Assembly (NCBI GenBank): GCA_032718475.1
Contig: JAUCBJ010008387.1
Location: 1 to 38,041 of the forward strand
DNA from: Nemertoderma westbladi
Lineage: Eukaryota; Animalia; Xenacoelomorpha
Direction: 5' to 3'
Length of the DNA: 38,041 nt
Part shown: positions 24,024 to 35,569 of the stretch, in pieces
Layout of the letters: each line of letters starts with the position of its first letter
How positions within the stretch are numbered: the stretch's first letter is position 1
Position numbers and translations under genes: made by a program
The notes under the pieces: generated by a model
Seen by the model: the letters and a program-made list of their open reading frames with translations, nothing else
Told to the model about the DNA's origin: nothing
Database searches by the model: none

Positions 24024-24331
24024 TTGTAAATTCGGAGAAACGTATATGCAGTCAAACAAGAAGGAGTAACTTTGAAGGAATGAGTTGAAAATTAAAACAA
24101 GAAAGATAAAATTTGGAGGACCGAGTTAACAATTTAGAGAAATATAGACATAGTCAAATGTCAGTAGTTGGAGAGATGAAACAGCTGAGGTGATGGAAAC
24201 TTGCTTTAGACTTAATAGTTAATGTTTGCCGTTTGCAGATTAGAGCTTGAGTTAGAACAATTTACTTTTTTATTGCGTCATGCGATTACTACATTAGGCA
24301 GTATTCGTATTGGCCTGTAAACTTTACTTAA

Positions 24332-24540
24332 CCCTATTCCACCTGGGGTTGGGCAGAATCTGCCCAACACTTTTTATTTTTAGAAATTCATGATGATGAT
24401 TTTTATGTATTATTATTAAATTCATTGACTTCTAGTCTTCTAGTATTTACTTCATAATCTAAGTAATTGAATCGATTATATATAATTATTATTAAGAATT
24501 AATGAATAACACAACTTGATTTAACTACGTTCTAGAGATC
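24332..24540. mobile_element. TTAA-targeting (piggyBac-like) MITE terminus, truncated
   Basis: TTAA|CCCTATTCCACCTGGGG followed by the hairpin GTTGGGCAG-AAT-CTGCCCAAC; no partner end found. Confidence 0.45.
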
Positions 24541-24854
24541 AGTGGGGGGGGGGGGGGGGGGGGGGGGGGGATTAGTGCTGAGGGACAATTACAGATTGCG
24601 GTTGAACCGAACATCTGGACATTTCCCCTTGGGACGTATCTCAACCGAAGAGACTCCTCGTTCTACTGAGTTACCATTATACTGGTGACGTGCATGTTGT
24701 GCACTGACATCGCCTGCTCAGTTTCTGTGGACTTTCCATACTTGAACCATCCGCTGACAGTATATCCACCATTGCCATTGATCTCTTTATTGATCATGAC
24801 AACGGTTCTGAGCTGATGTAGATCTAGTAAAGTAGTGATGGATCGCCTATGGTA

Positions 24855-25217
24855 TCAACCTTTGGTAAATACTGAACACCAAAGACAACCTTTAACACAC
24901 GTTCTGAACAACCTTAAATTAGGTTCTGAAAACCAGAGCCAACCTTAAATTAGGTTCTAAAAACCAGAACCTTGAATTCAATTAGGTACTGAACAAAAGT
25001 CAACCTTTAAGGTACTTACTGAAGACCAGAGACAAATTTAAATAAGGTACTGAACACCAAAGACAACCTTAAATTAGGTACTGAACACCAGAGACAAACT
25101 TAAGTTGGTACTGAACACCTAAGACAACCTTAAATTAGGTACTGAACACCAGACAACCTTTAAGGTATGCACTGAACAACAAAGACAACCTTGAATTAGG
25201 TACTGAACAAAAGACGA
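24855..25217. repeat. Degenerate ~31-bp minisatellite, ~11 copies
   Basis: AGGTACTGAACACCAAAGACAACCTTAAATT units (e.g. 25045, 25076). Confidence 0.9.
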
Positions 25218-25646
25218 TGCACAAAAGCAAATTCTGATATTTGACCTAATGGGAGACCTGTGTAGTGTGTATGTGTAAGCCACCCTTCCATAATCAACCT
25301 ACTTATTAGTATTAGTATTACTGAACTGATTGAAAGTAATATAGAAAGAAGCCTTAGTGTTAGAAGACTTAGTTAGAAGACTTAGTGGTTCGTTATTTTT
25401 GGCACACCCAATTTCGGGTGTGACATAAACGGGTGATTACTGTAGGTATATTGGTACGAAACCTAATAACAGAATACGTTGTTCTGAAGGCAATCGGCCT
25501 ATCGGTACGAATACTGTAACTGAAGCATGGCAACTGACCAAAGCGTAGTTAATATAAAATATTGGGTGCTGGAATAATTTCTTTAGTAGTAATTTCTACA
25601 AGTAATTATTTTTGGTATTATTAGTATTTATTTATTTTTTATTATT

Positions 25647-25808
25647 ACTGATTGTTTTTGGGGGTAGAATAATTGTTTTTGGGGGTATAATAATTGTTTT
25701 TGGGGGATGAATAATTGTTTTTGGGGAATCAATAATTGTTTTTGGGGGATGAATAATTGTTTTTGGGGGATGAATAATTGTTTTTGGGGGATGAATAATT
25801 GTTTTTGG
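25647..25808. repeat. 21-bp minisatellite, ~8 copies
   Basis: GAATAATTGTTTTTGGGGGAT units. Confidence 0.95.
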
Positions 25809-25811
25809 CTG

Positions 25812-25920
25812 ACCAAACTGCCCATGTACAGCTGGTTGTACTGGATCCTTTCTGAAAGCCAAATTGTAGTTCATCGAACTGAATCTTGTCTCTCAGACAT
25901 ACTTTCGTCAATAACAAGAT
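25812..25920 (-). pseudogene. LINE (CR1/L2-group) reverse transcriptase fragment
   Basis: DELQFGFQKGSSTTSCTWAV is the QFGF...ST motif of non-LTR RT. Confidence 0.7.
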
Positions 25921-26078
25921 TTTGCAATTCTGAAAATTCTGAAAATCAACTATTATAATATATTTTAATAATCTGAAAAAATGAAGATTCTAAAAAAATG
26001 AACAACAGAGGGCGGCATACACTACACCAATAATATATCATTTTTTTCAGATTATTAAATCACCATTTACATTTACTC

Positions 26079-26990
26079 CAGAGCCGGATCAAGCCCGGTG
26101 GGGGCCCCTGTGCACATGATTGGTGGGGGCCCCTGATCGATCAGAGATAGAGAGATATACTTAGATTTAAACGAATATTATGAATAAAACAAAGAATAAT
26201 AATACAAAAAAGAATCTAACCAGTATACATATAGTACTTTATTTAGAAAACAACTTTACAAGCCTTGCGAGACGCAAAGTCGTGTATAATATGGACTAAA
26301 GCACAACCAGGTGCGCTTGGAAGACTTTGTGTTCTTTAGCTTGCGTTCAAACATGCTCACACCACACTTCCGAGCTACTGAACGTCCTTCCTTCTGAACT
26401 GTCTGCACTGTGGACAGTTCAAGTAACTTTGGATCCGCATGCTATGTAGCTTGGATACATCCAAGTTAACCACAGCATCAATTCGAACGTCAGTAAGTTT
26501 ATCTGGCCACAGGCCGACATCACATTCAACAAGCAGGACTTTAGGTTCCGTCTCTGGCTGTCTGGATCTTGCTGCACATCTATGTCTCCCTCTTGGACGT
26601 CACAGTCCGAGTCCGTACCTGGTAAATAACTGGAGCCAGCATCACACCGTCGTCACTCTCTTCACTTATTGCTGCCCCTGCCACTGGTCCAAAGAAAGCT
26701 GTAAGTGGCTGTGTTCCTGCAATAGCCTGTGTCTCCTCTCACTACGTTTTTAATGGCCAGACATTTGCTTTCGTTTCTTTTCGACGTGTTGGTCTGCTGA
26801 TCGGTCTGCCATAGCTACAGTTAGCAAAACAGTACTGTATACATGTCAGCATGTACAGTAGTGTACTGTAGACATACTACTGTAAGTTGTACTCACAGAC
26901 TGAACATCAAACTGAAACTTTATAGCTTATACGTGTAGGCCTACTCCTACTAGTGAATAACTGAAACATTTATGTACTAAACACCACTGT
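26079..26990 (-). mobile_element. Internally deleted hAT (TTF zinc finger/ZMYM1-like) transposon
   Basis: Terminus CAGAGCCGGATC with GGGGCCCC subterminal motifs; minus strand: ATG at 26812 MADRS...KRKQMSGH*KR, DVGLWP, FERKLKN....RTWLCFS joined directly to the C-terminal IIHDFASRKACKVVF* (26243). Confidence 0.8.
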
Positions 26991-27014
26991 CTTTCTGAGT
27001 AATGACGTATCGTA

Positions 27015-27357
27015 TGTTATGTAATGTGATCTGTAATAATGAAATCAATACGTAGTAAATTGCAATACATTGTTTAAATTGATTAGCCAACACACTAAGT
27101 ATAATATAATGTTTGCCCCAGAAATAAATCCGCGTAAAGGTCTATCCATAGAAGCCATTAATTAACTGTAATGTGCAAATTAATTAGACTAACCATATGT
27201 TAACCTCACAGTTTGTGCAGTACGTAATATATAGTTGTTAAAGAATGTATTCTAACTAGTGCCAAATTGAGTTTCAATATATAGTATCTTTCCGTATTTA
27301 GTACACTATTATTTTCCATTCCATAAATGGACTTCCACTTGGGGAAGATCCACAACA
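27015..27357 (+). repeat. 5' LTR (343 bp)
   Basis: Direct repeat of 35230-35569; by eye one substitution and one 3-bp indel. Confidence 0.97.
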
Positions 27358-27461
27358 ATTGGCGCCTGATATTAAAAACTCATTTAGTTCATTAAATAAA
27401 TACATTACATTATTGTGTAAACTGTTCATCGTCATTATTCGGCAAGTTCATTACATTCACA

Positions 27462-30400
27462 ATGAGTAAAAAAGATCCAACCCAACAATCTCACGATCCA
27501 AGCCACGACGAAATCGAGTTCAAACGACTCATAAGAAGTAGAGGAGCAAAGCGGTCCGCAGCAACGAAAATCCTCAACGAGTTGGATGCAGAGGATCTTA
27601 ACCAGTTGACATTCGAAAAGAAACGATCGAAGCTCAAAATCCTCAACTCTTACACGGAGAGTCTCGACAAATTCGACGACGAAATCTGGGGTCTACTCGA
27701 CCAATCTCAAATCAACAAAGATATCGACGAAGCAACGAATTATAAGGTTAGACTCACTGAAACTATAACTCTGTTAGAAATGTCTCTTTCAGCAGCCTCA
27801 AATCTACCTACAAGCACGAATGTTAGTAGTGGTGCAATAAATCCAGGTTCTAGTGCAGTTAGTAGTAGTACATATGCTATAAGTAGTCAATATGCCAGAT
27901 CAGTGCTTCCAAAATTGGATAGACCTATTTTCAGCGGTGACGTTTTAGATTTTTGTGGTTGGCGAGATTCATTCCGTAGTGCTATACACGATTCTGGTCT
28001 TCCAGATGTACTTAAGTTACAACATTTAATGCAAGCTGTGCAAGGTGAAGCTAAAGCAGTAGTTGCTGGTCTATCAATCACTAGCGAAAATTATCCAGTA
28101 GCCATGGATCTTTTAGAACAAAGGTATGGTTCGAAACACCGAATCATACAGGCACACATAGAAAAGCTACGAAATATTGCGAATAAACAATTAACATTGA
28201 GACAAGTACACAATACATGTATGACACACATACGAGCATTGGAAGCACTTGGCACTAATCCACAACAATATCAAATAACTGTGATACCAGACATCATGAA
28301 AACTTTAGATTTTGCATATGGCACTAAAATACTAGAAAAGAAAAATAACAACATCGATGATTTATTGTGGCTAATGAACCAAATAGGTACACGATTAGCA
28401 AGTGAGGAAGTGATGAACACATATAAAAATGAAACAAACGGAACAAATTCCATAAACAAAATAACAACACAGAGACAAAATGATAGATCAATGACATCTA
28501 CAGTAGCGGCATTTCCAATTACTGCCAATGCAACAAACATTGTAAAGCCCAAACAACAACAGGGAAATTTTCAACATCAAAATAAATCACAAGTACCGGT
28601 AATAAAGTGCGTATTTTGTGATCAAACGCACTATTCATCAAACTGTCAAGTCATTACAGATATTGAGCAGCGTAAACACATTCTATCAAATAAACGACTG
28701 TGTTACAGGTGTATCAAGGGTGGCCATATAGCAAGGGACGACTGTCCACGTGACAAACCTTGTTATAATTGCAAGAAATATGGACACCACGCTGCAATAT
28801 GTAACAAACTGACAATGTCTCGTCCACAAATCCAAAAACCATTAAGAGATATCAACAAAACATCGGTTAACGTAATATCTGTTAATAATAGTTCAACATT
28901 GTCTGTTCAAGTTTCAGGTTTATCGGTAATAACTTCAAATGGTATTCTTCAAACAGCAATAATGAATTGTCAGTATCAGTCGATTAATGATTCAAATTCA
29001 TTTCAGGTTAAAGGATTTTTTGATCAAGGAAGCCAGCGGTCATTCATTGTGAAATCCATAATTCAAAAATACAACTTACCCATTATAGGAACCGAACTTA
29101 TTGAAGTCAATAATTTCCAAGGAATTCCAGGTGAGGATGTCAATTCAAATGTTTCATTGTTAGAAATTGCTCAGATTACATTAATTCTACGTGACAAGAA
29201 AACGGTTGTCGTATCAGCATTGGTTGTAGATAACATTTGTTCCCCAATTCAAAATAACATTTGTTCTAAAGACATTACAGACAGTATTAATTCAAACATA
29301 GTAGACGACATACTTAATAAAAACCATAGTGATCAACCGTTTGAAGTTGAAATTTTAATTGGCTCAGATTACTACTGGGATATAGTAACTGGGAAAATGT
29401 TTCGTATTTCCGCAGGGGCGCAGCCACGTTCCAAAAATTGGGGGGGACGATAAAATAATTTTAGGCCCGGCATAACACCCCCCCCCCCCCCCCCCCCCCT
29501 CCAACAAAAAAAAACAAATTTTTTTTTAAATATCTTAATGAGATTGCATTAAATTTGAAACAGAGATAGTTTCACCTCCCTCTTCCTTGCTGGGTGAGCC
29601 AGAATTTTTATTTTCGCTTTCATTCTTTAGCTATACAAGCGGTTGAAAGAGGTGTTTAAAAGATAAAAATAAGCGCTATACAAGTAAAACTCTACAGTTG
29701 ATTACAGCTCTACTGTAACCAATGGCCTCTCAAGCGGGACTGCCCTCTGGCTGTGTGCCAGCCCTTTAGAAGAGTGTTGTCCTTGGCGCTATACAATACT
29801 TAATATAGAGAAGTTAAAAAAAATCAAAATTATTCAGATATACAATTACAATACAATTTAGACCGCAAAGTGAAAACCTGGTATTATTCACCTTGGCGTT
29901 TGAACCAATTGCATCTCAATTATTCTTCAACCTTAAAGTGATGCGTTGGTGGAGAACGAAAGATCGCGATGATGGATTCCAAATATGTAATAAGATTATA
30001 TATATACACAATATTCTGGAACATTTGTTTATCTGCTGCGTACTAGTATTATTATATACAGTAGATATTGTATTGTTGCCCAACTACTGATTAGTTACAT
30101 ATGTAGAATAAATGGACTCCATCACAGCTCACGCAAAATATGTAACTTTCAACGACCATTATACTGCCATATCTCAGATATTCCTTTGGAAAAATTCTGA
30201 ATATATTACATTATTTAGTTTCCCTTCAACAACGTCATCTTACATTCGTTATCGAAGGTCGACTGGGATACCTATTTAAAGCGCTTGTAGGTAAGGATTG
30301 AAAGCGAAGGCGGGTTGATGCAGTATCTCGACACAGGGAATTAACAAAATATTTAATTATCAATAAATTTGTTTTAGTTATTCTAACGAAAACAATATAA

Positions 30401-33400
30401 GCGAAATTGTGGGGATATGAAAATACACCTAATATTATCAGACTTATATTGTCAGGGCAAAAACAGTTCATGGTGTTTGGAAATATGGGACAGGGTTGGG
30501 AAGGATTGTAATGTACGTATAAGTTAATAGTTACACTGTAATACCCGATCAGAGTTTATTACGATTATTTGAATTTTAAATTGTATACATACAAAGTGTA
30601 AAAAGTGCCGGGGACATATGATATGGTGTCCCCCCCTAACTGAAAAGTGGGAGGGACGTGTCCCCCCCGTCCCCCCCTATGGCTGCGCCACTGTATTTCC
30701 GGAACGGGATTGGTAGCTCTGGACTCAGGGGTGGGTTGGCTACTTTCCGGTAAAATGGAAAGTGATACAAATGTTAGAGAAAACAAAATTCAAAATAACA
30801 GTACAAGTACATGTATGTTGGTTAAGCCTGAGTTACAAAGGCAAAGTACTGGAATCTCGGTCAATGAAAATTTTTTCGAAATCCTTAAAAAATTTTGGGC
30901 ATTAGACAGTTTTGAGATATTTCCACCAGAAAACGAGATATCATTCAAAGAACTATTAAATATACGGTTTGACACTAACGGTTTATATACGGTTGATTTG
31001 CCTTGGACATTACATCACGACAAATTAATTGACCATTATTCCCTATGTAATAAACAATTACATTCTCTAATTCGTCGTTTACATAAGACTGGCCTATTAG
31101 AGAGATACAACAGCGTATTTCAAGAACATTTATCAAAGGGATACATTGAACCAGTTTCACTTGACGAACCAACTCAGACCCAAGTACATTACATACCACA
31201 TCACGGCGTGCTACGTGAAGAACGAGAATCAACAAAGTTACGTGTTGTTTTCAACGGCTCAGCAAAATGTTATCCTGGGGACACTTCATTAAATGAATGC
31301 CTTCATAAAGGACCAAACAATGTTCCCCTGTTACTCAAAGTTCTCATACGATTAAGAGAACATGCTATTGTAATTATGGCCGACATAGAGCAAGCATTTT
31401 TGCGATGCCAAATTAATACATTAGATCGAGATTGTCTGAGGTTTCTATGGGTACTGGATATAGAAAACATTAATTTTGATTCATTGGATATTTGCGTTTA
31501 CAGGTATACTCGAGCACTTTTCGGTTTGATATGCTCATCCAATATTCTGGCGGAGACGCTTGATACACATCTTGAGACACAACGTTCAATCTTAGACAAA
31601 TCTCAACATTCAGCAATCGATAAGTTGAAAGATCTATACGTAGACGACTTGGCCACAGGTGTTAAAACTATTCAGGAAGGTATAAAATTCAAGACAGACG
31701 CGTGCAACATTCTTCAAGCCGGAGGATTTAATATTCGTAGGTGGGTGACAAATTCTCCAGAATTACAAAGAGAGTTTGATAAAGAGTCATGTGGTAAGTT
31801 AAATAATAACAATACAATTTTAACAGAAATAGTAGAAGACAAACAAACATATGCCCAATCTTCTTTGAACATACCTTTGTCTCAAACATCAGACATAAAA
31901 CGTGTTTTAGGCCAAGGCTGGTCCACAAAGAACGACACATTTTGTTTTGATGTAACACCAGTTTACGATTACGTAAAATTATTAACAAAAAACAAGAAAG
32001 CTATTTTACAGCTTTCTGCTCATTTATATGACCCTTTCGGCATTTTAATCCCATTCACTGGTCTCATAAAAGCGGAATTTCAAAATTTGTGTCAAACAAC
32101 AATAAAATGGGATTAACCGCTTTCAGGAGAATTATTAACAAAGTGGAACAATTGGTCGGATAAATTATTATATTTAAACCGTGTGGAAATCCCGAGAAAT
32201 TTGTTTGCAAAAACCAAAGATGTGCTTACTGTGGAATTGCACGGGTTCTCAGACGCCAGCAAAAAGTTGTGCGCTGGTGTAATTTACATCAAAACAACAT
32301 ACACAGACAAATCGTGTTTAGTGGAATTTTTAATTGCTAAGTCAAAGGTATGTCCATTGTCGCATAATAAATCAAAGAAACCAAAGGTCATACAAACCGA
32401 GGGTGATGACACTTCAATCCCTAGAAAGGAACTTTTAGGAGCGGTACTGTTAGCAAATCTTATAGACTCTTCAGTTTCAGCGCTAACCACTCCATTAGAC
32501 AAGCTATTCATGTGGATGGATGCATATGACGTATTGTATTGGTTAATAGGGAATTCAAATAAGTACAACGAGTTTGTGCATAACAGAGTAGAAGTAATTC
32601 GTACAATTTCATCTCGTTTGTCCATAGAATGGCGTTACTGTCCCACGTCATTAAATCCAGCTGACATACCAACACGAGGTTTATTACCAGATAAACTTGT
32701 AGATTCTAGTTTGTGGTTTAATGGTCCAGAATACCTCCAACAAGATTCTCAACATTGGCCTGTGCAAAAGATATTGTCAGAACATTTATCTCCAAATGGA
32801 ATTAAGGAAATTAAATCAACCAAGGCCAAGCAAACAGTCTCAATCTTACAAACAGACACGAAACCGTCAATCTTTCAATTAGTTAATTGTTCAGATTCAA
32901 GCCACATGGTGGCGCTCGTCAGGAAAGTAGCTTTGATCTACAGGTTTGTTAATAATTTAAAAGCGAAGTGTAAAGGAATTTCAGGAAATAAATTAAGTGG
33001 AGCGCTAACTAGAGAATAATTAGTTGTAGCAGAAGGAGTAATTATTAAAGCGATACAGCTAGAAACATTTCCAAGTGAGTTAAACTATTTGCAAAAATAT
33101 AATTTGAATCTCAAACGTCCGACAATGTTAAAGCAGTTGAATCTGTTTTTAGATCAAACCGGTATAATTCGTAGCAAAGGTCGTGTGCAAAGTCCATTCA
33201 TTTCATGGCATACTTGTAACCCAATACTTCTTCCACAATCACATTACTTTACGCGATTGGTTATTCTTGAAGCTCATGAAATAGTCACTCACTCTCGCGT
33301 GAGGGATACTTTAGTTCAAGTTCGGGAAAAATTCTGAATAACTCGCGGTAGACAAGAAGTTCGCAAAGTCATACATGGATGTATTACATGTAAACACGTA

Positions 33401-34646
33401 CAAGGTAAATCTTATACGGTTCCCGCAACAAGTCCATTACCTACAGAGCGTGTTTCATCAGATTTAGGACCATTTGAAGCCGTTGGTATCGATTTTTGTG
33501 GTCCCTTAACGATAGTCAACCCTCAAACGACCATTCCAAATAATAATCAATCTCCTTTTATCAAGGTTTACATTGCATTGTTTACTTGCGGTAACATTCG
33601 AGCAGTACATTTGGAGTTGGTAAGCAATCTAACATGTCAAGCCTTTATTGCAGCTTTCCATCGATTCATTGGAAGAAGAGGTATTCCTAAATATATATTT
33701 TCAGATAACGCGTCAACTTTTAAACGGACGGAGCAGGAAATCAAAGCACATAAAACATTTTTAGAAAGTGACGAGGTAGTACAGGAATTTGGAAAACTGC
33801 ACATGGACTGGAAATTCAATGTCCCATTGAATCCATCAGCATATGGCTTCATAGAAAGGTTAGTCGGTCCATAAAAACTTATCTTGAAGAAGGTAATAGG
33901 ACGAGCAATACTAACATTTGAAGAACTAATGACATTTCTTGTATCCGCAGAAGCAACAATTAATAGCCGTCCACTTACATTTATTTCAGATGACGCCAAG
34001 GAATCATACCAAACATTAACACCCGCACATTTTCTTGTAGGTCGGCGATTATGTTCTCTACCTTACGTTACAGGCAAAGTTAAGTTTAATAAACCAACAA
34101 AGAATCAATTGGTTGAATCATTAAAACGACAAGAAAGAGCCGCTAACCATTTTTGGCAAATATGGAAGGAAAAATACGTAGTTAGTTTAAGAGAAAGTCA
34201 CAAAAAATGTAATCTTGATCCCAAATCACCAGTGGTCCCTAATGTAGGTGACATTTGTTTACTGGAGGACAGACTTCGTCCTCGTTGCTTTTGGAAATTA
34301 TGTAAAGTAGAAAAATTAATAATAAGCAAGGATGGGAAATGTAGAGCAGTACAAATATCAGTCGCGAAACGAAAGAAAGAAAGCACTAAAGTTATCAGAT
34401 CAATCAAACAAGTAATTCCATTAGAAGTGAACGAAAATGACAAAGAGGAAATATCAACTGTCGCAATACAACAGACTTACAATAAACCGAATACAGACAA
34501 AGTCAGTAACAGTAAAGTCACAATTATCGCAAATCAAAAAAAATGACAAGCAAGCTTTACCGAGTACATCACAACCTGCCGTTGGACGTACTCGCGATCT
34601 GTTGCCTAGAAATGCCAAAAAGTTAAAAGTTGGCGTTTACAAATAA
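27462..34646 (+). pseudogene. Bel/Pao gag-pol polyprotein (gag, CCHC knuckles, protease, RT, RNase H, integrase), interrupted by a hAT MITE, four stops and a terminal frameshift
   Basis: LPKLD.PIFSGD, C..C...GH....C knuckles, FDQGSQRSF, ILIGSDYYW, YIPHHGV, KLRVVFNGS, ADIEQAF, LYVDD, ELHGFSDAS, GIDFCGP, SDNASTF, GFIERLV, INSRPLT, LTPAHFL. Confidence 0.95.
29413..30693. mobile_element. Non-autonomous hAT element (MITE-like, 1281 bp)
   Basis: TIRs CAGGGGCGCAGCCA / TGGCTGCGCCACTG; 8-bp TSD TATTTCCG (29405-29412, 30694-30701); removal restores ...MFRISGTGLVALDSGVGWLLSG in frame. Confidence 0.96.
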
Positions 34647-35229
34647 GCAAATTTTAGTAAATTTGCAACTACTGTTTTGCATTTTGTATGTACAGTAATA
34701 CAGTTATGTGTAAAGTAAGTAGTACAGTAGACACTTATATTTGTTTTGTTGGATGAAGACTCATATATTTGTTTTGTTGGAAGATTAAATATGAATATAT
34801 TATGTAAATTTATGTAATATTATATAAAGAAAATGCCTTTCTAGTAAAGTAATATTATTTATTTAATGGTAAACGAACTCCACTATGTAGTAAGTATAGT
34901 ACCATTGTTAAAAACTCAATTGGTGTTGTTTATAATATTATTTGTGTCATTAATCGTACATAGTAAAGTTAATTACGTGATGTTTGCATTATTTATTAAT
35001 TATAATATTAAATACGGTATATTAATTTTGTTTTGGTATAAATGGTAGATACGGTTATTAGGTTATAAATTATTGCATTATTTAATTCATTTGTACAAAT
35101 ATATTATTTATACTGTAGTTACTTTCTCATTTAGCATATTACCTTCATTAACTTAAAATGCAATGATATTTTGTTCTACTGCAACGTGAACAAAGGGGGT
35201 GTGTTATGTAACCAAAGCAAAAGGGGGAG

Positions 35230-35569
35230 TGTTATGTAATGTGATCTGTAATAATGAAACCAATACGTAGTAAATTGCAATACATTGTTTAAATTGATTA
35301 GCCAACACACTAAGTATATAATGTTTGCCCCAGAAATAAATCCGCGTAAAGGTCTATCCATAGAAGCCATTAATTAACTGTAATGTGCAAATTAATTAGA
35401 CTAACCATATGTTAACCTCACAGTTTGTGCAGTACGTAATATATAGTTGTTAAAGAATGTATTCTAACTAGTGCCAAATTGAGTTTCAATATATAGTATC
35501 TTTCCGTATTTAGTACACTATTATTTTCCATTCCATAAATGGACTTCCACTTGGGGAAGATCCACAACA
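35230..35569 (+). repeat. 3' LTR (340 bp)
   Basis: Direct repeat of 27015-27357, preceded by a polypurine tract. Confidence 0.97.

Larger units (their letters stand above)
27015..35569 (+). mobile_element. Full-length Bel/Pao LTR retrotransposon
   Basis: LTRs 27015-27357 and 35230-35569 (TGT...ACA); TSD TCGTA (27010-27014, 35570-35574); PBS-like TGGCGCC at 27360; PPT AAAAGGGGGAG before the 3' LTR. Confidence 0.97.

Noticed and set aside
11477-25808. Tandem arrays (153, 38, 31, 21 bp) as CRISPR arrays
   Set aside because: Head-to-tail units with no unique spacers, no cas genes, eukaryotic context.
25628-25958. Repetitive ORFs (PQKQLFI, PPKTIIH, MNNCFWG)
   Set aside because: Translations of a 21-bp minisatellite in several frames.
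32114-33874. Stop-codon reassignment explaining in-frame TAA/TGA
   Set aside because: Stops across the elements fall at positions expected to be different residues (E, W, L, Q), consistent with ordinary point mutation.
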